This document shows, piece after piece, positions 13,934 to 26,063 of a stretch of DNA of 64,000 nt. Both the position numbers and the translations under genes were made by a program. Positions within the stretch are counted from its first letter, which is position 1; every line of letters starts with the position of its first letter. The notes beneath the pieces were generated by a model. The model was not told where the DNA came from. It worked only from the letters and a program-made list of their open reading frames with translations, and searched no databases. The DNA is from Octopus vulgaris (taxonomy: Eukaryota). The DNA lies in contig OX597832.1 in NCBI GenBank assembly GCA_951406725.2, positions 40,796,001 to 40,860,000 of the forward strand, read 5' to 3'.

Positions 13934-14419
13934 GCATGTGACTATCCAGATGTTCACAGACACATTGTCATATATGTCATATGCACACACACACACACAC
14001 ACACTCCCTCCCTCTCTCTCTCTCTCCCTCTCTTCAAAGAGAGATGTGTCTTTGCATCAAGAGGTGCACACACATACACACCATCACCACCACCACCACT
14101 GCTGCCACCACCATCGTCATCATCATCAATATTTTACTTCTGCTTTCCATACTGGCATGGATTAAACAAGAATTTTTTGAGACTTGTTTTTTTTTCCAGC
14201 CAGATCCTTTTTCTGACACCAACTGTTTTAGTTACCTTTTACAGCATATAGACATAAGTGTACACAGTAGGATTTTTATCCATCTATTGATCGACCAATC
14301 CACCCATCCACCCATCCACGATCGTGTTTGCTCACTCACAAACATACTTTGTGTGAATGCACTTACCAATATAAATTTGTGCTTAGGCATATGTGCATGT
14401 ATACACACATACATTCTCT

Positions 14420-14813
14420 TTCTCTTTCTCTTGTTTCAGTCATTTGACTGCGGCCATGCTGGAGCACCGCCTTTTAATCGAGCAACTCGACCCCGGGACT
14501 TATTCTTTTATAAGCCCAGTACTTATCCTATCGGTCTCTTTTGCCAAACCGCTAAGTAACGGGGACGTAAACACACCAGCATCGGTTGTCAAGCAATGCT
14601 AGGGGGACAAACACAGACACACAAACACACACACACATATATATACATATATATATGACGGGCTTCTTTCAGTTTCTGTCTATCAAATCCACTCACAAGG
14701 CTTTGGTCGGCCCGAGGCTATAGTAGAAGACACTTACCCAAGGTGCCACACAGTGGGACTGAACCCGAACTGTGTGGTTGGTAAGCAAGCTACTTACCAC
14801 ACAACCACTCCTG
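14420..14813 (-). mobile_element. SINE family A copy
   Basis: Reverse complement of 6851-7275. Confidence 0.88.
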
Positions 14814-15360
14814 TGCACACAATGCATATACATGTACAACACTTACTGCATACACTATATAAACACTCATCTAAAGAATGTAACATATACACACTATACA
14901 TACTACATATATTCTTACATCTACTTACATACACGCAAAGCATATTAACATACTTATACTACACACGCTATGCTATAAACACTGACATACTACCTTTCCA
15001 CTTGTAGCAGACATGTGTGCGCACATCCATAGGTAAGAATCTTTGTAACCATATTCCTCACAAGCAAAGAATATAATAGGAAAAAAAGAAAAGAACAAGA
15101 AAATAGAACAAAAGAAAAAAAAAATGGCAAGAAAAATACCCTCAAAGACAATGGTTTCACGTGAAAGAAATTAGTTATTTGAGTTGATGGGATATGGTGG
15201 TAGAGCTGAAGTGTTCTGGATAGTTCCATTTGATAAGGATGTGAGGAGAGTTGGAGAAAGTGGAGGAGAGGGACACACGCACATGGATATGTTTATACAC
15301 ACACACACACACACACACATGCAAAAACACACACACACACATACAAACACACACACACAT

Positions 15361-15960
15361 CATTATGGCAGTGAAACATGGGCTGTGACAAAAGAGGACA
15401 TGCAAAGGCTTGTAAGAAATGAAGCCAGCATGCTCCACTGGTTTAGTAATGTCTGTGTGCATGTATAGCAAAGTGTAAATGATTTAACCCTTTCGTGACC
15501 AACCTGGTTGAAACCGGCTCTGGCTCTGAGTACAAATGTCTTGTTTTCATAAGTTCTGAATTAAAATCTTCCACCATTCCTTAGTCACAATTTATGTTCC
15601 TAAAACTAGCTGAATGATAACTAAGTTATTTTACTAAATTCTTTGTTATATTTAAAGTAATTGAAAGAAACACAGAGCATCTCAATATAAATACAGTAAT
15701 GAAAGGGTTAAGAGAGAAACTGGGTATAAGAGGCATCAGATGTAGTGTGCAAGAGAGAAGATTCTGCTGGTATGGTCATGTGATGCGTATGGTTGAGGAG
15801 AGCTGTATAAAGCAATGCTAACCTCTAATTGTGGAAAAGGTAGACCCAGGAAGCTGTGGGATGAAGTAGTGAGAAAGGATCTTCAGACACTGGGCCCCGC
15901 AGAGGAGGTGACAAAGGACTGAGACTTCTGGCAGTTTATTGTGCTTGAGAAGACAGGTCA
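15361..15960 (+). mobile_element. RTE-type LINE 3' fragment interrupted by a TTAA MITE
   Basis: HYGSETWAVTKEDMQRLVRNEASMLHW...[MITE]...LREKLGIRGIRCSVQERRFCWYGHVMRM. Confidence 0.8.
15484..15711. mobile_element. piggyBac-like MITE (about 220 bp)
   Basis: TTAA target duplication and CCCTTTC...GAAAGGG termini; removing it rejoins the RTE frame. Confidence 0.88.
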
Positions 15961-17788
15961 AGCTAAGTAAAACCATGGCTGTCTTCTTATACACAGGTAT
16001 GTTCTCAACGTCCGTCTTTCAGCTGAGATGTCCTTCTCTTGAAGATTCGTGGGTGCTGGTGTCACATAAAAGCACCTGTGTTGGTACCACATAAAAGAGC
16101 TTGTGTCCATGTCACATACAAACGTTTGTGCTGTTGAGCGAACGGTCTTCGTCCCAGATCTTGCAAGATGGGAGAAGTCCGAAACGTGGTCCTTTGCTAT
16201 TCGTAAGACCCGCAGAAGAGAAAGCAGGTCAACCCCCGACACCGAGAGCATCGACGGATGGATGAATGCGCATCCAGGCTCAGCGGTTGCATAGGAAGTC
16301 GGGGACAAAAAACAGGAAGAAAGCGTGAGAGATAGTTGGGGCGAAAGAGTACAACAGGGGTCACCACCACCCCCTGCCGGAGCCTCATGGAGCTTTAGGT
16401 GTTTTTGCTCAATGCTGGTGCTGCATAAAAGCACTCAGTAAACTGTAAAGTGGTTGACATTAGGAAGGGCATTCAGCCATAGAAATCTTACCAAAACAGA
16501 TGATTGGAGCCTGGAGCAGCTGTCTGGCTTGCTAGCTCTTGCCAAAACCGTCCAACCTACACCAGCATGGAAAACATGTTAAATGATGATGATAATGATG
16601 ATGATATATTTCAGTACAAACAGTGGACACAGAAGAGGTGTAGTGGAATCACAGGTAGGCCGACAGAGACAGTAGACTTCATATGCAGCAAGTCTCTAAG
16701 AGCACCTGGGGAATAGGTTCTCTCAAATGCCTTGATGATGGTATTACACACACACATGCATGCATGCTCATGCACACACACACACATGCACGCACGGACA
16801 CACACATGCACATACACACACACACACACGTATTTTGCCCCTGCTAAATTTCCATATCCCCTTCTTGCCTACCCAACACTCTCTCATCTCTTTATCACCC
16901 ATCTCCTTTTATCAACACCATTCATCGTATTCTCTTAGCACAAAACCATTTCTACCAGTTCCTACCACCTTTTACCAGTATACTTATAGCTTCTATTAGC
17001 ATACCTCTCTCATCACAATGCCTGTATAACAAGGGTTTGTATCAAATCTACTGATAGCCAAGGTACTTTTCCATGTACCCTTGTGCTACCCACTGTAACC
17101 CCCTTCTGCCTTGGCTCACTCTTTTATTCACCTTCATCACTCTAATCCTTATCATCTCAAGTATCCATCATTTGCTTTCTATCTTTCTCCCTTGTAAACG
17201 TAACTACCATTAGTGTCTCTCTCCCATTACTCCATGCCATTTCTGCCTCATTTCTCCTTCGTTTTCCACACTAATACTTCAATCACGCTACTTCCTCCTT
17301 ATAGTTTTTCTTTTCTATGCCTCTCACCCTACACCATCTGCAGTTGCCCTCTCTCTCTCCTATCCACTCATGCTGCACTGGATGAGCAGAGGCAACTTAG
17401 AGCATTAAGGGCCCTCTTTTTTTGTCTTGCAGGGTACAAAGTTACCTCAGTTCTGCTAGTACTACAATAAAACACACCCGATACATTCCATATAGTGGTT
17501 GGTAAACGGTCAAAGATAAAGTGTCAAGAGGACATTTAGTCATTTTGAGAACACGACAGCTTCTCTACTGAAGCTGCTAAAATAAAATGCACTCAATACA
17601 TCCTGTAAAGTGATGGGTGCTTTGAGGGGCATCCAACAATAGGAACTGTGCTGAAGTAAAACACCAGCAAGATGTGGTCTCTGACGATGCTCATGAGGGC
17701 AATCTCTCTGAATAAGCTTTGATTCAGACTGTGGCAGCCGACCCACCTCATGCCAGCAATATTAAGTAGACATAAAATTATGACGATG

Positions 17789-17835
<47 letters not shown>

Positions 17836-18534
17836 ACAAATTGAGATAGGGGTTGTGAGTGCAACCCACCATGGGATAACATATATCCAATATACTGCCA
17901 GTAAAGCACCTTGATGTTCATATGTAGTGGGTTAATAAATTATGTGATTGGGTATTATCTGGTAGTTGATTATTGATTAAGGTGTATTTCTCTATTTTCT
18001 TATTTTGTATATATATATATATATATATAAATGCATATGTACATATCTATATATATACATTCACATTGTAACACCCCGACCCCTATATAGTCACCCACAT
18101 TGTTCTGTGTGTATTTGTAGACAAACAAACACATGTTTTGTTGATTTATAATAGAACGAGTGAGAGCAACACACACACACACACACAGATACACACACAC
18201 AGATACACACACACAGATACACACACACAGATACTTCATCTTTTTTCTCCTCCTTGTACACAATACAAAATACAATATTTTCCTGGTGATAAGAACAAAT
18301 GAAAGAAACTCTCATCCTCATCCTCCTCCTCCTCTTCTTCTTTCTCCTCCTCTACCTCTTCTCCAGCTTCCTTCTTTCAAAGCAGAAGATAAAGCATCAG
18401 TCCTGCCTCTCTTATTGTAAATCTATAAAGTTGGTGCCACAGCCAAGCTTTTCGCTACGACTTGCTTCGATGGGGATTTATTGCAGCTTCTAACAGGCAC
18501 CCATGGTCCAAGCTAACTTTCTACCCTCTTCTTC

Positions 18535-18571
<37 letters not shown>

Positions 18572-19124
18572 GCGCACACACACGCTGCATGTGTGCACTC
18601 ACACCCACATGTACAAGTACGTTTATTGATATACATAGTACATATATATAAAGATATATGCAATACTCATGCACACAAACAGGCATATATATACAGTACA
18701 CACATGCACATGTGTGCGCACATACATGTATGTATTCTTTTTATCCCTTCACTGGCTTGAATTGCTGAATTGCGACCATGCTGGGGCACCGCCTGTATGT
18801 ATATACATATAGATATACATACAATTACATATACACACATACTATTTCTTTACTACCCACAAGGGTCTAAACACAGAGAGGACAAACAAGGACAGACAAA
18901 CAGACTAAGTCGATTATATTGATCCCAGTGCATAACTGGTACTTAATTTATCAACCCCGAAAGGATGAAAGGCAAAGTCGACCTCGAGGACATATACACA
19001 CATACACACACACATAAATGTACATGCACTCACATACAATACATACATTTGTGTTTGTGTGTATCTGTGTACACATAGACACGCTGACACACACACACAG
19101 TCTTTCTATCTGATTCCCTCTCTT

Positions 19125-19167
<43 letters not shown>

Positions 19168-19338
19168 TACACACACACACATACACACACACATGCATAA
19201 AGTGAGGAACCTATAACAATGCAAAGTTACTTTACTGAGATAACGTGAAGGGTTTTTTTGACTACTATTTCTTTTTTCTTTTAGTTTTGCAATATTCATA
19301 CATTCTAAAAATAGCCCAAAACTTTCTGGTCATTTCAG

Positions 19339-19471
19339 GCTAATACTGACCATCGAGAGAGGATGTCTGGCCAGCACAACTGGTACGCATGCTCTCATGC
19401 ACGACCAACCTATTGCAACGTATGCCGTGACGCTTTGTCAGGCGTCACATCTCATGGTTTGTCCTGTGAAG
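19339..19471 (+). CDS. DGKH: DGK exon, C1A domain (first part)
   Basis: tttcag|...|gtatgt; [44 protein letters not shown]; phase 0-1. Confidence 0.95.
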
Positions 19472-19934
19472 GTATGTTGGACCCTTTCTTCAATCTTCTC
19501 ATTGACTGCTTCTTTTCCTTTCAATTTTAATCAAATGTTGACTGACGTACGTTTTTATAAAAATGTGACCAATTTTTTTTGTGGGGGAAAAATGTATTTT
19601 TCTTTTCTTTTCTTTCAAATCTTGACTCATAGATATTTTTTATCCTTGGACAAATTTTTCCATCTTGCATTACCTAACTGGATTCAATTTGTGTGTATGT
19701 GCTGAATCTATATATATATAGGGAGAGTTTACGAAAAAAACAAAAGACGAAGACAGGTGGTGTACAAAACAAACAGATGTATTAGTATAACGCTCAGGAA
19801 TAGAAAAAGTCTTTTACGTTTCGAGCCTACACTCTTCTACAGAAAGGGACACAGAAAAAACAAGGAGAGAAAAAAATGTGTGTAATGGCTAACGATCTAT
19901 CATGGCACATATATATATGCATATATATATATGC

Positions 19935-19967
<33 letters not shown>

Positions 19968-21566
19968 GAGGTGTGCACGTGTATGTGCCTATGCATATGT
20001 ATGTGTGCATATGAAGCAACCAAGCAGATAAGGTATTTGAGTAGAGTAGAATCCCTCTTATCCTATACTCAGATAACTGAAAGTCTGAAGCAACTGGTAC
20101 AAGGAAAAAAAACAAAAAAACATTTTTGCTAATTAGTCAAAAGAATTTGTGCTTATTTGTTTAATTAATTATCATTAAAAGAAAGGAAGATTCTACTGAA
20201 TCTAAAATTGGGTTTTTGCTAAAATACAGTATTTTAATTTACCGCATTTAGAGTACCTATATTTTATTATGTTAATAAAGCTTGTTCTTTACTTAAGTTC
20301 CCCGAGGGTGAGAGGCATTTAGGGGACATTTATTTATGTATCCAAGGTTTATTTACATTTTCCTCCTCCCCTCTTGTAAGAGGACATTCATACTCATATA
20401 AATAATAGTCATATATTTTGTAAGTTCTTTCTGATGAAGAATCTCTGTTTAGGAGTTTCACCTGTCTAGCCATAGTCCATGTGTTGGAGCTGAAGTAGTT
20501 ACATTATGGAAAAGGTGTGATAAAATACAAAAACTGTTAAATTGAATTCACCTTTAATTTATTACTTGAGATGTTCATTGGCACAAATGTGAAAGAAGTG
20601 GAGGAATGAGTGACATGAGGACAAACACATACAAAGTCGTAAAGAAGCCAAGAAAATAAGATAAGGAAGGAATCTGGAAATGACTAAAAATGATTGACTG
20701 ACTGATGGGTTAATGTCAGGCGGTCAAAGTCAATCCACATGAATAAAAGTGATTCACGTATTTGTAAGTCGAATACGAAAAGAAGAAAAAAAAATTAAAG
20801 CAATAAAATAGGGGCCTGTAAGAACTGGCCTTTAATAATTTTAGGCAGAGGCGTGAATGAAAATTTTGATAATTGCTGAAATAAACATTTTAGCATTTAA
20901 CCCTTTTAGCATTTAAACCACCCCTTTCTGGCTCAAATAGTCTACCTGTTATATGTTAAAATGGTTTACCTGTTATATGCCAGATCAGATTGGAGTCTGG
21001 TTCGCCAGACCTCAGTCAAATCGTCCAACCCATGCTAGCGTGGAAAGCGGACGTTAAATGATGATGATAAAACTGGCTACATTTGGCCTCTCATACTTAC
21101 CTTACAATGTCATTCTAAAAATAGCAATCACATCATCGAAATCTTGGAGCTGCTTGATGATACCTGATTAATTCAAATCAATGTGAATGAATAAGCATTA
21201 TATCTGACAGTATTATGGATGCTAAAGGATTAAACTAGCCATATTCAGCCATAATATTCTACATGTTTTATTTTGAAGTGGGCCAGATCAGACTTTTCAC
21301 ACCTACCTTACAATGTCATTCTGCAAATGAACAATCACATCGTCAAAATCTTGAAGCTGTGAGATAATGTATGATTAATCCAAAAACAATGTGATGTGAA
21401 TAAATAAGCATTACATTTGACAGAGTTAGAGTTCTTGTGTATTTTTAAATGACTGAAATAGCTCTTCCATGTTGTAATAGTTATCTGTGTTTGATTTTTT
21501 TTTTTTTTTTGAAATTTGTTTCAATTTACTTGACTCACTGTGTTGCCTCTGTTGTTCTTTTGTCAG

Positions 21567-21673
21567 TGTGTAAATTCAAGGCACATAAGAAATGTGCCGT
21601 GAAGGCCTCTTCAAATTGCAAATGGACGAGTTTAGCATCTGTGGGCAAGGAAATCATTGAAGATGAAGATGGG
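21567..21673 (+). CDS. DGKH: DGK exon, C1A end
   Basis: tgtcag|...|gtaagt; (V)[35 protein letters not shown]; phase 1-0. Confidence 0.95.
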
Positions 21674-22312
21674 GTAAGTGTCAGAAAGAAAAAAAAAAGA
21701 CATTTAAAAAAAAAATTACAACAAAAAAAAACCAACTTAAACTGGAGGTTAGAAAACTAAATGTAATTCATATGTATGTGCATGTACATTTATACATAGG
21801 TCTGTGCTATGAGCTTTTGGACTCATAGAGCTGGAAGTTAAACTGGTTTTCATAGTTGTATAAGTGGCTGAGACTACTACAGTGCTCTCCCTTGAAAAAG
21901 ACCTTGATCCATCTTCGTGTTGACCTTCCAGCTATTGTTGGAGCTCATTTATAGCTGAGTGGACTGGAGCAACATGAAGTGAAGTTAATCCCAGGTCAAT
22001 TCTTGATTGAGCAAACCTATAATCAAAGGTGTTCCAGCCATGAGCATCCCATCTTTTACTTAGACATTGTGTATTTAGGACTACATCATTCAGTGTGTCC
22101 ATCCTTGTCATTCTGTGTTGCTTGGCTCTAGACCAGCCCTGATCTAGCAGACCTGTGATTAAAGGTGTTCCTCCTACGACTATCGTGTCATTTATTCAAA
22201 CCTGGTGTATATAGGACTTCATTAACCATTTTGTTTTTTTACCTAAGATGGCAGGGTGTGATTTAAGATACTTTTGGCTGCTGTTTCTAGCAGGTCAAAT
22301 GACTATGTAAAG

Positions 22313-22716
22313 CAGTGGTTCTCAACCATTTTTTGCCTATGGAGACCTTTGGTTCCTATTTTACTCTACTGGATCTTCATAGCCATTCGGTATATATAAA
22401 AAACATCCTACTGTATTTTTATAATTAAATAATTTTAGGAATTGTATAATAAGAAAATGTATTTTAGAAGTATAAGCAATTTATTGTACATAAATTTTAA
22501 CAACATTCTTTGCTGGGTGGTTGGTGTTAGGAAGGCCATCAAGCCATAAAAACCATGCTAAAACACACAGAAGTCTGATGTAGTCTCCTACCTGGTCAGC
22601 TCCTGTCAAACCATCCAACCCATTCCAGCATAGAAGGCGGACGTCAAATGACGAGGATGATGAGGATGACTCACCCCTCCCCCAAGGACCATATGGACCC
22701 CAGTTGAGAACCACTG
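22313..22716. mobile_element. hAT (Charlie-like) MITE with nested SINE fragment
   Basis: TIRs cagtggttctcaac / gttgagaaccactg; perfect 8-bp TSD atgtaaag. Confidence 0.9.
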
Positions 22717-22837
22717 ATGTAAAGCATCCCCTGTCCCCTCATTTATTTTTGTATATTTTGTGGTATTGCAAAAGTTTTTATTTTTTAAATGAATTTATTG
22801 GTTTTTTGTTTTTAAAGTTCTCTTGTCTGTTTTGCAG

Positions 22838-22963
22838 ATACACATGCCACATCAATGGCTAGAAGGGAACCTACCTGTCAGTGCCAAGTGTAATGTCTGT
22901 GAAAAAACCTGTGGCAGTGTTTTACGTCTACAAGATTGGCGGTGCATCTGGTGTCGAGCAATG
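22838..22963 (+). CDS. DGKH: DGK exon, C1B domain
   Basis: ttgcag|...|gtaagc; [42 protein letters not shown]; phase 0-0. Confidence 0.95.
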
Positions 22964-24463
22964 GTAAGCAGAGTATTCGTTTAATCTTTGGTGGACTGAT
23001 GGCAGAAACCGGAAGGGGAACATTAGATGAAATCTATTCAATGTCTGTTTTTACATGCTGGCATGGATTTCCCTCTCCTATTTGTTATAGGAGGCACAAG
23101 AACTTGCACACTCTTGTATACACATGATGGGAACTTCCACCTACTAAATTCAATTGGAAGACTGTGGCTATAGCAGAGGTTATAGCAGAAAACACTTGTC
23201 CAAGGTGCCACACAGTGGGACTGAACCCAAAACCATGTGATTGAAGAGCAAGCTTCCTAATCACAACAATGCCTGCACCTGGGTGTTATTTGTGGTGCAA
23301 GATTTTAGGGTTGGATGCTCTTCTTGTTGGTAACCTTAGCTGTTTTTAAGTTGCTTTTTTTTTTCCACTAGAGCTTTTTGAAAGTGCTGAGCAACTGGTC
23401 ATAATGTCAACATAAACCACAAGTCTGTTCAAGCATTGGCAATGTGGAATATCAGTGTTTATTCTCCCCTCAACATACACACACACGTGCATGTGTGACA
23501 GGCTTCCTGCAGTTTCAGCCTATAAATTTCATCAGAAGGCATTAGTCAGCCTAGGACTACAGGTGCAGTGCAGTGGGACTGAACTGAAAGCCACATTGTT
23601 GCAAAATGAACTTCTTAACCGCACAGCTCCATTTCCTGCTCATTGGTTATTCATCATCATCATCACTGTCGTTTAACATCCGCTTTCCATGCTAGCATGG
23701 GTTGGACGATTTGACTGAGGGCTGGCGAACCAGATGGCTGCACCAGGCTCCAATCTTGATTTGGCAGAGTTTCTACAGCTGGATGCCCTTCCTAATGCCA
23801 ACCACTCTGAGAGTGTAGTGGTTATTCTCCTTTAGAATTCTAATTTCAATTCCTCCCTACATCCTCTTTACTTCTCATCCTTTTCAGATCAGTAAAATAG
23901 GTTTTGGTGAGGTTGATGTAATAAGCTAAATTGCTCGAGGTGGCCTTGAAATGTTTTCTACCTGTGTGACCCTTGTGGCAAAGAAAGAAATTATTATTAT
24001 TATTTGTTGTAGTAGTAGTAGTAGTAGTAGTAGAATTGTGGCAGATAGGAGAATCAGTGGAACACCGGACAACATGATTTGTTGCACTTGAGTCTCTTTA
24101 TGTTTTGAGATCAAATCTCACTGAAGCTAGGTTTGGTAATGTAATTTTTGTTTGGAAGGGCATCCAGCTGTAGAAACACTGGAGCCTGGTGCAGCCTCCT
24201 GTCTTCCCAGACCCCGGTCGAACCTTCCAACCCATGCTAGCACGGAAAACAGACGTTAAATGATGATGATGATGAAGTACTGGAGTTGATGTCATTGACA
24301 CTGCTCTAGAGGATAATGCTCCAGCATGGCCTTAATGACTGAAACCAGTAAAAAAAATGTCTAAAAGAATCCTTCTGTTTTTTTCGATATCTCTGTCTCT
24401 CTTGCTTGATCATTTACCTTACTTTTTGTTCTGTAGTTGCTAATTGTTTTAATTATCCTTCAG

Positions 24464-24643
24464 GTTCACATCGGTTGTCAAGAAAAGATGTCAGCAAAGT
24501 GTCCTTTTGGCCAGTGTCGAGTGTCTATTCTACCACCAATTGCCATCAACAGTATGGACTCTGATGGGTTCTGGGAGGCAACAAGGCCTGCAGGCACCAG
24601 TCCTTTGTTAGTATTTGTTAATTCCAAAAGTGGAGACAACCAG
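24464..24643 (+). CDS. DGKH: DGK exon, C1B end and start of catalytic domain
   Basis: cttcag|...|gtgagt; [25 protein letters not shown]...[15 protein letters not shown]; phase 0-0. Confidence 0.95.
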
Positions 24644-24792
24644 GTGAGTTGAATCAAATTTTTTTTCCTCTGGAGAAAGATTAAATAAATAAATAAATAA
24701 ATAAATAATAATAATAATATTTATGAAGATGTACTTGCATAGCAAGTGATTTGATCTGAGATCGTGTGCTGAAACGAAAACAATTGCAGCGT

Positions 24793-25051
24793 GGAAGGTG
24801 TTTTTAAGCCATTTAAGAAACACACAAAAGCCGTTCGATTCACTTCAACATTTAAGTTTAATTTGTCAAAATATTTTCGTCGCTAAAATCGGGCGACCTG
24901 TTCACTGACAAAAATCCATGCAGCACGGATTTTTGTCAGTGAACAGGTCGCGGTCTTAAGGCAACGAAAATATTTTGACAAATTAAACTTAAATGTTGAA
25001 GTGAATCGAACGGCTTTTGTGTGTTTCTTAAATGGCTTACAAACACCTTCC
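24793..25051. repeat. Fold-back element, arms of about 125 bp
   Basis: ggaaggtgttt...acaaaaatcc / ggatttttgt...aaacaccttcc; partial second copy at about 37800-37975. Confidence 0.92.
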
Positions 25052-25644
25052 CAGCTATAATAATAATAATAATAATAATAATGGAGGATGAGTTGATTAC
25101 ATAGACCCCAGTGTTCAACTGGTACTTATTTTATTGACACCGAAAGGATGAAAGATATCAATGTTTTGATATCCGAAAGGATGAAAAATATCAACGTTTT
25201 TTTGGCCATCTTGGAAATGCCTGAACCACTCATACACTTGTGTGCAGCTCATGCACCCCTCTCCATACACTTCTGCAACTTTGCATAGGCCTTGGAGCAG
25301 GTCTCACCATGACAGCTTTCTCTGTCATGGTCAATGCAACAGTCACATGCTACACACCTTCCTTCCAAGCATTGCTGTAAATAACAAAAGTGAGCTAGAA
25401 CATTAACACTCAGTGCACATGTACAGCAGAGTTCAAGGTCAGTCTTTGCCAAGCAGTTTCACTCTGAGTGCTTTAGCTTCGTTACTATGGCAACAGTCTG
25501 GATACTTGTTATACACACATACATATATACTCACACACACCCATATATGTATGTGTGTGCTTGAGTGTGTGAGACACATTTGTTACATGTGTTATTTATA
25601 TCTCAATGGAAGTTCTAAAATGTAATTTCTTTTTCAAATTTTAG

Positions 25645-25727
25645 GGTGTTAAGTTTTTACGGCGATTTAAGCAGTTGTTAAATCCTGCGCAGGTCTTTGA
25701 TCTTATGAATGGAGGTCCATACCCCGG
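25645..25727 (+). CDS. DGKH: DGK catalytic domain exon
   Basis: ttttag|...|gtaagt; GVKFLRRFKQLLNPAQVFDLMNGGPYP(G); phase 0-2. Confidence 0.95.
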
Positions 25728-26017
25728 GTAAGTTATTTCATCTATCATCACAACGTATGCTTATTTTTTTAATTTAATTGTCTTATGGTTGAACTGGTAT
25801 TAAGGAAGGATAGAAAAATATAAGATTTATAAGCCCTAAAATTCACTCCATAATTGCCCAAGGGCATATGGTGTAGTGGTTAAGAGCATGGGCTACTAAC
25901 CCCAAGATTCCGAGTTTGATTCCAAACAGTGACAACAACGGCAACAGCAGCAACAACAACAACAACAACATCGAAAAATACCTTAGGAATGAGAACCTAG
26001 GTTTGAAATTTCCCCAA

Positions 26018-26063
26018 GACACCTGATGAAGGCTGGAGGGTATATCAGCTGAAACGTTGTGTT
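26018..26063 (+). ncRNA. Minimal type I hammerhead ribozyme motif (Penelope-type)
   Basis: Stem I gacac/gtgtt; CUGAUGA(+A); stem II ggctg/cagct; GAAA; palindromic AACGUU stem III; predicted cut after GUU at 26058. Confidence 0.72.

Noticed and set aside
13340-14251. Long ORFs (up to 303 aa) of CVYI/THTH repeats; likewise 35643-36218
   Set aside because: Translation of dinucleotide microsatellites lacking stops; not genes
20431-20500. ctgatgaag motif as another hammerhead
   Set aside because: No stem II closing onto GAAA and no stem I partner found
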